Under the pieces are notes generated by a model. It was not told where the DNA came from. It saw nothing but the letters and a program-made list of their open reading frames with translations, and searched no databases. Positions 9,173-17,995 of a stretch of 33,520 bases of DNA are shown here, piece after piece (the first letter of the stretch is position 1; every line of letters begins with the position of its first letter). The DNA is taken from assembly GCA_040756235.1 (NCBI GenBank), contig JBFLZG010000139.1, positions 1 through 33,520 of the forward strand, written 5' to 3'. The translations under genes and the position numbers were made by a program. Origin of the DNA: a bacterium. GTDB lineage: Bacteria > Desulfobacterota > DSWW01.

Positions 9173-10129
9173 ATGCTGAAACTTTCAAGGCTGTTGCTGC
9201 TGACCGCGACGGTCGCTGCCGCAGGTTTTCAGGCACTCGCCCACGCGGCATCCGGCAGTACAAAAGGGGATCCGGTTCGGGTCAATCTGTTCGATTCGGC
9301 GATGCTGTCCGAACAGGATTACGTGGTCGTAGGAGACCGCGGGGAGATCTTCCTTTCTTCGGACGGCGGCAACAGTTGGAACAGCAAGGCGAGCGGCACG
9401 CCCAACATGCTCTTTTCGGTGAGCTTCCCGGATGAAAAGAACGGCTGGGCATGCGGGATGCTGGGGACCGTTGTGCACAGCGGTGACGGAGGCAAGAGCT
9501 GGTCGGTGCAGAACACGGGAACGGAAAAGCATCTATTTTCGATCAGCTTTGCCGATTCCCAGCACGGGTGCGCGGTGGGCGACTGGGGCATCCTTCTCTA
9601 CACGGAGGACGGGGGAGAGACCTGGCAGGACCTTTCCTTGACCGAAGATATCGTACTTTACGGCGTCCTCCTGATCGACTCGAGAACCGGTATCCTGGTG
9701 GGGGAATCAGGCAGGATTTATAAGACCGCGGACGGCTGCCGGAGTTGGCAGGAGAAGACGTCCCCGGCCCTCGAGTCCCTGTTCACTCTTTGTCGCAGCG
9801 GAGAGCGTGTCTATGCAGCGGGTTTGGGGGGGGCGGTGATCTACTCGGAGGATCTGGGCGAGACCTGGCAGGCGGCCGTCACGCCTTTCCAGAAGGCCCT
9901 GTTCGGCCTCTCGGTCATTGGCGACCAGGGGTTTGCCGTCGGCGATGAGGGGACGATTCTTCGAACGGCGGACAGCGGCCGGACATGGCAGGAGGTTGAG
10001 GTTCCGATCCAGGCCCGGCTGTTCTGGTTGGGGGCCGTCAGTATTCGGTCAAACTCGGCACCGGTGGGCTTCGGAGCCGGTGCACATGGCTTTCTTTTCC
10101 GGATCCAACAAGGAAACCTTGTCTGGTAG
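9173..10129 (+). CDS. YCF48-like / BNR-repeat beta-propeller periplasmic protein
   Basis: Signal peptide; repeated VG..G.(I/L)..(S/T).DGG.(S/T)W Asp-boxes. Start is uncertain (9116 possible). Confidence 0.88.
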   Translation: MLKLSRLLLLTATVAAAGFQALAHAASGSTKGDPVRVNLFDSAMLSEQDYVVVGDRGEIFLSSDGGNSWNSKASGTPNMLFSVSFPDEKNGWACGMLGTVVHSGDGGKSWSVQNTGTEKHLFSISFADSQHGCAVGDWGILLYTEDGGETWQDLSLTEDIVLYGVLLIDSRTGILVGESGRIYKTADGCRSWQEKTSPALESLFTLCRSGERVYAAGLGGAVIYSEDLGETWQAAVTPFQKALFGLSVIGDQGFAVGDEGTILRTADSGRTWQEVEVPIQARLFWLGAVSIRSNSAPVGFGAGAHGFLFRIQQGNLVW

Positions 10130-10141
10130 ATAGGGGCATCT

Positions 10142-12487
10142 ATGGAGAAGCGCGAGCGAATCTTTGAGCGATATGTGGCCTTCATGCTTCGCCACCGGGG
10201 TGTGGCCCTGCTGATCATCGGGTTGATCACGGCCTTGTTCGGATACCGGGTGTCTCGTTTGAAGATCGCCACGGATTTTGTCTCCTTCTATCCGCCCGGA
10301 CATCCTTTCATCCAGACCTACAACGAATACCGGAGCATGTTTGGCAGCGCCAACGTCCTGGTGACGGCCGTGGAGGTAAAGGAAGGCGACATCTACAACT
10401 GGGAGACGATCCAGAAGATCAGCCGGATCACGACCAAGATGCTGACCATCAAGGGATGCAACCCCTCCCAGCTGATTTCGATTACCCACCCCAAGCTCAA
10501 GAACGTGGAGGTCACCGGTTACGGCATCGTCATGGAGCCGATGATCCACGCGGGCATAGCGCGCACGGAACTGGGAGCCCAGCAGGTCAAGCGCAACGTT
10601 TACTCGAACGAGGGGGTAAGGGGTTTCTTCGTATCGCCGGACGACAAGGCGGCGGCGATCTTTGCGGGTTTCTGGGAGGAGGGTGCCCACCCCAACGACC
10701 TTTACGCCAAGATGATGGCGATCAAGGCCGAGGAAGAGGATGGCAACCACCGAATCTACTTTACCGGTTATCCGGGTCTTTACGCCTACATATACAGCCT
10801 GGCCCCCCAGGTGTACCGGGTCCTGGGGCTCACGCTCCTGGTGATGGTGGCATTGCTGTTTTACTTTTTTCGGACCTGGCAGGGCGTTGTGTTTCCCATG
10901 CTCTCTGCGGCGCTGAGCGCAGTTTGGGGCCTGGGGTTTGCCAGCATGATGGGCTACTCACTGGATCCGTTGATTTTGGTCGTGCCGCTCATCATTACGG
11001 CCCGGACCATCAGCCACTCGGTGCAGTGCCTGGCACGTTATGACGAGGAGTACTTTCTGCTGGGCGACAAGCGCGAGGCCATCATCCGCGGTTACGGGGA
11101 GCTGTTTATTCCGGCGAGCCTTTCCATTGCCACCGACGCCCTGGGGCTGCTGCTCATCTCCGTGGCTACGATACCGCTGATGCGCCATCTAGGCTTTTTC
11201 TGTTCCTTCTGGATCCTGACCATCGTGGTGAGTGTTCCGACGCTCACTCCCGTACTGCTGTCGTTGGTGAGTCCGCCCAAGAAGGACAAGCTTGAGCGCG
11301 AGGTTCGCGGGAAGGTCTATCAGCGTATAGGGCAACTGCTGCTCAAGCCCTCACAGGGTCGCGCGCGCTATGCCATCTTGGCGATCCTCGTTTTCGTGCT
11401 TGGGGTGGGCGGGTGGTACGCGCGCCAACTCAAGGTGGGCGACACCGAGGCCGGAGCGTCGATCCTGTTTGCACACCACCCGTACAACGAGGCGTTCCGC
11501 TTCTTCAACAACAATTTCGTCGGCGCGACCCAACTGGTGATCCTCGTGGAAGGCAAGGAAGAAGCGGCCATCAAGCATTACGAAACCCTGAAGGCCATGG
11601 AGGACTTTCAGATCTACATGGAGACCCGGGGGGGAGCCGGCGGTACGTTGACCTTCAACAACATGATCAAACGGGTCTTCCGGATGTTTCACGAGGGCAA
11701 CCCTAAATGGGAAATGCTCCCCACCAACCCAAAGCACCTAGGGCAGGTCGGCTTTATCATCCGCAACTCCGCTTCCCCCGGGGAGATGGACCAGTGGCTC
11801 GATGAGACCTGGACCAATGCGACGATCACCTGTTTTTACAAGAACTACAACAATGACCTCATCAAAAGCTGCGTTGCCAGGGCCCGCGAGTTCATCGATT
11901 CTCATCCCGTGGACCGGGTCAACTTTCGGATGGCCGGCGGGCTTCTGGGGATCCTCTATGCGGTGAACGAGGAGGTCGAGTACTCCTACTGGGTGTCGCT
12001 GGTGGTCGTCTTCGCAGCCTGTTTTCTGCTGTGCTCCGCGACCTATCGGTCGCTTTCCGCCGGCCTCATCCTGATCATACCCCTGGCCGTCTCTCAGATC
12101 ATCTCAGAGGTCTTCATGCTCTTCTACGGGATCGACCTGAATATCAACTCCTTGCCGGTTGCGTCCATAGCCGTGGGCATCGGCATCGACTATGGGATTT
12201 ATCTGATGTCTCGCATCGCCGAGGAGTATAGCAAAACAAGGGATTATCAGGAGAGCAACCTTCGAGCGGTGATGACCACCGGCAAGGGGGTCATTTTCAC
12301 GGCCACCATGATGATAGCCGGCGTGGTCTTCTGGGTTTTTGTGGATCTGAAGTTTCAATCCGAGATGGGACTGCTGCTGGGACTTCTCATGCTGCTGAAC
12401 ATGGTCAACTCGGTGGTGTTCGTTCCGTCGCTGGTTTCCTTGTTCAAGCCACGCTTCATACTCCGCATCGCCGACGCACAACAGTAG
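10142..12487 (+). CDS. MMPL/RND-family membrane transporter
   Basis: 781 aa; two repeats of TM + periplasmic loop + 5 TM; VGIGIDYGIYL motif. Confidence 0.9.
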   Translation: MEKRERIFERYVAFMLRHRGVALLIIGLITALFGYRVSRLKIATDFVSFYPPGHPFIQTYNEYRSMFGSANVLVTAVEVKEGDIYNWETIQKISRITTKMLTIKGCNPSQLISITHPKLKNVEVTGYGIVMEPMIHAGIARTELGAQQVKRNVYSNEGVRGFFVSPDDKAAAIFAGFWEEGAHPNDLYAKMMAIKAEEEDGNHRIYFTGYPGLYAYIYSLAPQVYRVLGLTLLVMVALLFYFFRTWQGVVFPMLSAALSAVWGLGFASMMGYSLDPLILVVPLIITARTISHSVQCLARYDEEYFLLGDKREAIIRGYGELFIPASLSIATDALGLLLISVATIPLMRHLGFFCSFWILTIVVSVPTLTPVLLSLVSPPKKDKLEREVRGKVYQRIGQLLLKPSQGRARYAILAILVFVLGVGGWYARQLKVGDTEAGASILFAHHPYNEAFRFFNNNFVGATQLVILVEGKEEAAIKHYETLKAMEDFQIYMETRGGAGGTLTFNNMIKRVFRMFHEGNPKWEMLPTNPKHLGQVGFIIRNSASPGEMDQWLDETWTNATITCFYKNYNNDLIKSCVARAREFIDSHPVDRVNFRMAGGLLGILYAVNEEVEYSYWVSLVVVFAACFLLCSATYRSLSAGLILIIPLAVSQIISEVFMLFYGIDLNINSLPVASIAVGIGIDYGIYLMSRIAEEYSKTRDYQESNLRAVMTTGKGVIFTATMMIAGVVFWVFVDLKFQSEMGLLLGLLMLLNMVNSVVFVPSLVSLFKPRFILRIADAQQ

Positions 12488-12570
12488 GTTCGGGCATTTC
12501 TCTCCAGGGGGAGCGCAGGTGTAGGGCCGCTCAACGGCAATCCAACAAAGCTCGCGAAAAGGGGGGTCAA

Positions 12571-14136
12571 ATGAACAGAAGACACGTTATCGTCGGGTTC
12601 CAGCTCTGCCTGATCATGAGCCTCATGATGGGCACCGCGGCCGAGGCGATATACTTGGACAAAAACAAAACCTTCGAGATAAAGGGCAAGGTGGAGTCGA
12701 AGCTCACCTTCACGACCCGGGAGTACACCGGCTGGTACTCGCTTCCCAGCACGGTGCCGGACCAGCCCAATTCTCCCGACCTGGCATCTTTCAACCTGAA
12801 ACAGCATCGCAACATTGCCTACATAGAGGCCAACTACAACTTCAAACCCGGCTCGGGTTTCGACATCAAGGCTCACGCTACGGGTCGATTTCTCTACGAT
12901 GGGGTTTACGAGTACGGGCCGGACAGCGTACAGGACGTTCGGGATTTCAACTCCGCATTTGAAGACGACATCGATGACCTTGCCCGTGACGCGGACCTGT
13001 GGGAGGGCTACGTTGACGTGGCCAGCGGACCCTTCTTCCTCCGCCTCGGTCGCCAGAAGATCTCCTGGGGGGAAACCGACGTATTCCCCATGCTGGACCG
13101 GATCATGCCCATCGACAACACCTACGGCGGCATCTTCGAGGACCTGGATGATCGCCGCATACCGATCTGGGCCGTGCGCTCCACCTACAACTTCGGGAAG
13201 GTCGGAATGTTCAACAACCTGGGCGCCGAGCTCTTCTGGGAACCGGCAATGATCGACCAGCAGTTCGCCCCGCAGGCGCCCTTCGGATCGATTTACAATT
13301 TTCCCCAACCATCGGCTCCGCCCTACCAATTCGACCCGAAAGACCCCGACGAAGAGATCGAGAACAGCCGCTGGGGCGTCCGCATGCAGGGTATACTTGG
13401 GGAGAACTTCAACTTCTCCCTGGCCTATTACCAGTCCTACATGACGGATCCGGCCCTGCTGAGCGTGGTGGACATGAGCTTGCTCGCCGTCGGGGACTTG
13501 CATGGTCTCCAGATGCAGAAGTTCTGGGAGCCGGTGCAGATCGCCGGCGGGAGCTTCAGCTTCTTCGAGCCGTTTACCGAGTCCATTGTCCGGGGTGAGC
13601 TCGCCTGGTTTTTCGGTGAGCCGGCGTTTGCGCTCTCCAAGAACTTCCGCTCCATCGGGGCGTTCCTGGCCGGATCGCCCGTCATTCCCCCGAGCGAATT
13701 GGCCAAATGGGATGTGCTCCGTTTTTCCGTCGCCCTTGACAGGCCATTCTGGGTCAGATTCCTCAACCCCACGTCGATGTTCAGTACCACCTTGGAGGTG
13801 TTCAACGAATACTATCCCAGCTTTAGTGAGGATTTTGTGCTGCCTGCCCCTCAGTGGCCATCAGGCAACTTTGTCGAATTACACAGGTGGGAGCAAACTA
13901 TCGTAGCCCTGATTACCACCACTTACATGGAAGGGACCCTGACCCCAACGGTGTTGGCAGGTGTCAACCCCAGAGAAGGAGGTGCCGGGTTCTACACGCT
14001 CTCACTGGAGAAACGCTTTGGAAATCACTGGAAGGCGAAGGTTGCCTACGACGACGTGTGGGGCAACAAGACGATCCCGCCGGGAGTCTTGTTCGACTGG
14101 GACCAGCTCTCTTTTCGGTTCACCTATATGTTCTAA
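12571..14136 (+). CDS. DUF1302-like outer-membrane beta-barrel protein
   Basis: Signal peptide, LWEGYVD..LRLGRQKISWGE motif, C-terminal DQLSFRFTYMF beta-signal; context with RND and YCF48. Confidence 0.8.
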   Translation: MNRRHVIVGFQLCLIMSLMMGTAAEAIYLDKNKTFEIKGKVESKLTFTTREYTGWYSLPSTVPDQPNSPDLASFNLKQHRNIAYIEANYNFKPGSGFDIKAHATGRFLYDGVYEYGPDSVQDVRDFNSAFEDDIDDLARDADLWEGYVDVASGPFFLRLGRQKISWGETDVFPMLDRIMPIDNTYGGIFEDLDDRRIPIWAVRSTYNFGKVGMFNNLGAELFWEPAMIDQQFAPQAPFGSIYNFPQPSAPPYQFDPKDPDEEIENSRWGVRMQGILGENFNFSLAYYQSYMTDPALLSVVDMSLLAVGDLHGLQMQKFWEPVQIAGGSFSFFEPFTESIVRGELAWFFGEPAFALSKNFRSIGAFLAGSPVIPPSELAKWDVLRFSVALDRPFWVRFLNPTSMFSTTLEVFNEYYPSFSEDFVLPAPQWPSGNFVELHRWEQTIVALITTTYMEGTLTPTVLAGVNPREGGAGFYTLSLEKRFGNHWKAKVAYDDVWGNKTIPPGVLFDWDQLSFRFTYMF

Positions 14137-14202
14137 GTGAGAGGCGATCGTCAACTGCGACAGACGGCCGACTGTCTATCAAGCAAAAGGAGAACAAGCA
14201 CC

Positions 14203-15528
14203 ATGAAGCAAAAGAAACCCTTCATGCTGGCCCTCGTGGTGGTAGTCTGTCTGCTATCGTGTGCGGCCACTGCCGGCGATCTTGTGGTCTATGACAAGAG
14301 CAATTACCAGGAGCTCAAAGGCCTGGTTCCGGACCCGGTGTTGACTTGGGTGGAGAAGGGTGACTTCATCTTCCGGGTCGGGGAACTGGAATTCGACTGG
14401 GCGAATACTCAACCATCCTGGGTCAAGGAGTCACGTACCGAAAACGTGGGCAAATATGGGCTGAGCGACAAAGTGACCATGGTGGATGCCAAAACAGGCG
14501 TCGAACCTGAGTTCATCAAGGGGCTACCTTTTCCTGATATCGACTCCAAGGATCCCATGGCGCCGGCCAAGATCATGTTCAACGGCAACATGGTCAGACA
14601 GGCCCAGGGGCCCCTGCGCACGCATTTCCGCCTGACCTTTATGAACGGAAAGACGCGCAAGCTCGAGCGCTATATCGCCGTCGACTGGTTTTCCTGGGCA
14701 TTTGTGGGCTGGGGCCCGGCCCTCGAAATCGCACCCAACCCCGACCGACTGGAGTTCTACAACACGATCTTGATCAAGGAGCCCTATGATATGGAGGGCA
14801 CCGCCCTCCTGCAATGGCGCTACCTGGACAACAGGCCGGACATGCTCTTCGGCTACGTGCCGGCCATCCGGCGGGTGCGCCGGCTGACGCCTGCGAGCCG
14901 CTCGGATGCCATGTTCGGCTCGGACTTTGCCCGGGATGACGGCGGCTACGTGGGCTATGACGGCAAGATCGGGGACGTGGAATGGAAGCTCGTGGGCGAA
15001 ACCACGATTCTGGGCGGCTTCAACTCGGCCAAACCCCAGCGCATACAGGTCAATAGCGCAGGCGAGTGGGTCGCCGAAGGGATGACCGACCGTGAATCGT
15101 ATGCAGCCTACGGCTATGAGCCGTATGCAAAGAAGTACTACAAGGGAGACGTCGCGCCGTGGTGTGCGACCAACGCAATCTGGACCAAGCGTCCGGTCTG
15201 GGTGATCGAAGGCCGCCATAAGGATGCCTACTACAACTACGGGCGCCAGATACACTGGGTGGACAAGGAGACCTTCACCGTGTACTGGAAGCAGATCTTC
15301 GACAAATCGGACGAGTACTGGAAGATGTACTGGGTCTATTGGGGTGTCGCGGCCACCGACGACGGAAAAGAAGCGGCCTGCTCGGTCATCTCCGGGACAA
15401 TGGACGAGCGCCGTCAACACGCCAGCTTCATCGACGGATACTGCGACGATTGCTTCTATATCTATAACGCCAAGACCATCGACCTGAATATGTTCTCTCA
15501 AACCGGCTTCACCAAAATGTCTAAATAG
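14203..15528 (+). CDS. DUF1329 / LolA-like periplasmic protein
   Basis: Signal peptide, YVPAIRRVRRL..SDAMFGSDF, WVIEG...YNYG..WVDKET; AGGAG RBS. Confidence 0.85.
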   Translation: MKQKKPFMLALVVVVCLLSCAATAGDLVVYDKSNYQELKGLVPDPVLTWVEKGDFIFRVGELEFDWANTQPSWVKESRTENVGKYGLSDKVTMVDAKTGVEPEFIKGLPFPDIDSKDPMAPAKIMFNGNMVRQAQGPLRTHFRLTFMNGKTRKLERYIAVDWFSWAFVGWGPALEIAPNPDRLEFYNTILIKEPYDMEGTALLQWRYLDNRPDMLFGYVPAIRRVRRLTPASRSDAMFGSDFARDDGGYVGYDGKIGDVEWKLVGETTILGGFNSAKPQRIQVNSAGEWVAEGMTDRESYAAYGYEPYAKKYYKGDVAPWCATNAIWTKRPVWVIEGRHKDAYYNYGRQIHWVDKETFTVYWKQIFDKSDEYWKMYWVYWGVAATDDGKEAACSVISGTMDERRQHASFIDGYCDDCFYIYNAKTIDLNMFSQTGFTKMSK

Positions 15529-15542
15529 AACCTCTCCCATGC

Positions 15543-15580
15543 GGGCCCGGTCGGAAGTCTCAACCGGGCCCTTGTCTTCT
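15543..15580 (+). terminator. Probable intrinsic terminator of the transport cassette
   Basis: GGGCCCGGT..ACCGGGCCC 9-bp stem followed by TTGTCTTCT, 14 nt after the stop codon. Confidence 0.55.
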
Positions 15581-15653
15581 CCAAGCGGCGTCGAAGGTGG
15601 GCCATGGATTGCAGCCAGAGCAGCGCCGGGAACCGGGTGCGGTTCCCGGAAGC

Positions 15654-15870
15654 CCTGGCCGCGTGTTCCCGGCCAACTTCTCCCCTCCCATGAACATGCA
15701 GAGCGGCTCTCCCGCCTTCTGTGAAATCGGCGCCGCCCTGGTTGCAGGCGATGTTCAACCAACCGTGGCGCAGATACGGGGCCCCGATCGGCAGCGGCGC
15801 CGCGGCCATGCCCCTGTCGAAGAGGATGGATTTCCAGGCCGGCTACGAATCCGGTCCCTGCTCGCGCTGA
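15654..15870 (+). pseudogene. Frameshifted fragment of a third MttB-family gene
   Basis: PGRVFPANFSPPMNMQSGSPAFCEIGAAL, then after a +1 shift LQAMFNQPWRRYGAPIGSGAAAMPLSKRMDFQAGYE. Matches MNMRTGSPDFGAIATSL..SSSKRIDFQCGYE of 3529-4983. Confidence 0.8.
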
Positions 15871-15936
15871 CTCCAGGTGGTTGCTTTAAGACCTCTCGGA
15901 CCCCGGGACGGAACGAGCATTTACCACGCGAGGGCA

Positions 15937-16791
15937 ATGGCGTTGTTAACCCGCATCACCAGCGCAACGAAGGAAGTCCTGATCGGCGACGACCGGCCCA
16001 CGGTGCTGATCGGCGAGCGCATCAACCCGACCGGAAGGCGCAGGCTCGCCGCTGCTCTGGCTGACGGAGACTGGGAAGCGGTGCGCAAGGAGGCGATCGC
16101 GCAGGCGCAGGCCGGTGCGGACGTCCTGGACGTGAACGTGGGCGTCCCCGGGCTCGACGAGACGAAGCTTCTGCCCGAGGCGGTGCGCGTGGTCGCGGAA
16201 GCGGTCGACCTGCCGATCTGCATCGACAGCAACAACCCGCAGGCCCTGGCAGCCGCGCTCGCGGTCTACCGGGGAAAGGCACTCGTCAACTCGGTCACCG
16301 GCGAGCCCCGGTCTCTGCAGGCGGTCCTTCCGGTGGTGCGGGATTTCGGCGCCTGCGTCATCGGCCTCGCCATGGACGAGGGCGGCATTCCCCGGGAGGC
16401 CGACCGGAGAGTGGCGATCGCCTCGAGGATCGTCGAGCGGGCGGAGGCCGCCGGGATCCCCCGGGAGGACGTCGTCATCGATTGCCTCGCCATGGCGGTC
16501 GGCGCGGACGGCGGGGCCGCCCTTGTCACCCTCGAGGCGATGCGCAGAGTCAGGGCGGAGCTCGGGGTCAATCTGAGCCTGGGCGCGAGCAACATTTCGT
16601 TCGGCATGCCCGATCGCGTCCTGCTCACGGGCGCGTTCCTCGCCCTGACGATCGCAAGCGGGCTCAACTGCCCGATCGTGGACGCTGCCAGGGTGCGCCC
16701 GGTGGTGACCGCCGTCGACCTGCTCCTGGGCCGGGACCCGTACGCACGCCGGTACGTACAGGCGTATCGAGCGAGACAGAACCCGGCGTAA
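15937..16791 (+). CDS. Pterin-binding methyltetrahydrofolate:corrinoid methyltransferase (MeTr/AcsE-like, DHPS fold)
   Basis: IGERINPTG, GADVLDVNVG, ICIDS, LVNSVTGE, LGASNISFGMPDR. Confidence 0.9.
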   Translation: MALLTRITSATKEVLIGDDRPTVLIGERINPTGRRRLAAALADGDWEAVRKEAIAQAQAGADVLDVNVGVPGLDETKLLPEAVRVVAEAVDLPICIDSNNPQALAAALAVYRGKALVNSVTGEPRSLQAVLPVVRDFGACVIGLAMDEGGIPREADRRVAIASRIVERAEAAGIPREDVVIDCLAMAVGADGGAALVTLEAMRRVRAELGVNLSLGASNISFGMPDRVLLTGAFLALTIASGLNCPIVDAARVRPVVTAVDLLLGRDPYARRYVQAYRARQNPA

Positions 16792-16906
16792 CCGGCAGGC
16801 TGCAGGTTCGTGAGCGAGCGGCATGGACACCGTTGGGTGGACCAAGCCGAAGCTGTGCCAATCAACCACGGCCTGGCAGAGAGCCGAATGCGCCACGCAA
16901 TCTGTT

Positions 16907-17077
16907 CGTCATCCCGGCCCATGCTCCGCAGCGCGTGTGAGCCGGGATCCAGCAGCCTGGTAGGGAATGGATCCCGGGCTGCGCCGGGAGGGACTGGATT
17001 TCGGCCTGCGCCGAAATGACGGACAACTCGGTAGGGTGAACAAAGCCGAAGGCGTGTCCACCAACCGCGGCTGCAGA
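16907..17077 (+). repeat. Family A CGTC-REP doublet followed by a GTAG-type REP
   Basis: CGTCATCCCGGCCC...CTGGATTTCGGCCTGCGCCGAAATGACG, then GTAGGGTGAACAAAGCCGAAGGCGTGTCCACC (near-identical copy at 25191). Confidence 0.8.
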
Positions 17078-17152
17078 TCGCGAGCGCAGGGCTTTCCCTG
17101 CAATCCGTGGCCGGATCTACGCGCCGGAGCGCCAACCGAAACGGAGGATCCC

Positions 17153-17923
17153 ATGGAAACGAAGTACCTGCTCCTGTCGACCGAGGCGAACGTGGCCACC
17201 GTCACCATCCACCGCCCGGACAAAGGCAATGCGCTCTCCCCCGAAGTGCTCGCGGAAGTCGAAGGGTTGTTCGGGGAGCTGAGCGCCCGGGAGGACGTGC
17301 GCGTCATCATTCTCACGGGCGGCGAGAAGTACTTTTCCGCCGGCTTCGACCTCAACATCATCCGGCAGCTCCAGAAAGTCTCCAACGAAGCCTATACGGC
17401 CCTGTTCCACAGGGCTTACCGCGCCATCCTCTTCTGCAGCCAGCCGGTGATCTGCGCGGTCGGCGGCCCGGCCATTGCCGGCGGGTTCGACCTCACGCTG
17501 ATGTGCGACATCCGCTACGCCTCGGAGCGGGCCAAGTTCGGCCAGCGCGAGATCGTCCTCTCCCTGACCCCGATCCTGGACCCTCTGTGGCGCATCATCG
17601 GGCTGGGCCGGGCCAAGGAGGTCGCCCTGACCGGAAGGATCTACGATGCCCACGAGGCGGAGCGCATGGGGTACGTCTCGAAAGTCTTTCCCGAGGGGAA
17701 GCTGATCGAATCCGTGACGGCGATCGCCCGCGAGATGGCGACGTACGACCGGATGTGCCTGAAGGAGACCAAGCAGCTTGCCAACAAGATCCTGAACGAG
17801 GACCTGGACGGTGCGATGCGGCTGCAGGAGTGGCTGTTCCGGACCTACATCGGATCCGAGGACAACCATCACCGGATCGACGAGCTGCAGGCCAAGCTGG
17901 CCGCAGCCAGAAAAGCGAAATGA
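17153..17923 (+). CDS. Enoyl-CoA hydratase/isomerase (crotonase) family protein
   Basis: RPDKGNAL, FSAGFDL, AIAGGFDL..CDIR, KFGQRE, LTGR..DAHEA; GGAGG RBS. Confidence 0.92.
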   Translation: METKYLLLSTEANVATVTIHRPDKGNALSPEVLAEVEGLFGELSAREDVRVIILTGGEKYFSAGFDLNIIRQLQKVSNEAYTALFHRAYRAILFCSQPVICAVGGPAIAGGFDLTLMCDIRYASERAKFGQREIVLSLTPILDPLWRIIGLGRAKEVALTGRIYDAHEAERMGYVSKVFPEGKLIESVTAIAREMATYDRMCLKETKQLANKILNEDLDGAMRLQEWLFRTYIGSEDNHHRIDELQAKLAAARKAK

Positions 17924-17943
17924 TCCTTGCTGCGATGTTGCCC

Positions 17944-17973
17944 GTAGGGGGCAGGTTTGAACCCTGCCCCTAC
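17944..17973. repeat. GTAG-family REP palindrome
   Basis: GTAGGGGGCAGGTTTGAACCCTGCCCCTAC hairpin between the crotonase and acyl-CoA dehydrogenase genes. Confidence 0.7.
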
Positions 17974-17995
17974 AGGATGGAAGGGAGACGCCCTC

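Noticed and set aside
15626..15670. GGGAACCGGGTGCGGTTCCCGG, resembling the 5' core of a cobalamin riboswitch upstream of MeTr
   Set aside because: It is explained by a simple 10-bp hairpin, the T-loop and 3' B12 box are not convincing, and the downstream DNA is an mttB relic. An Infernal search with the Rfam cobalamin models would settle it.
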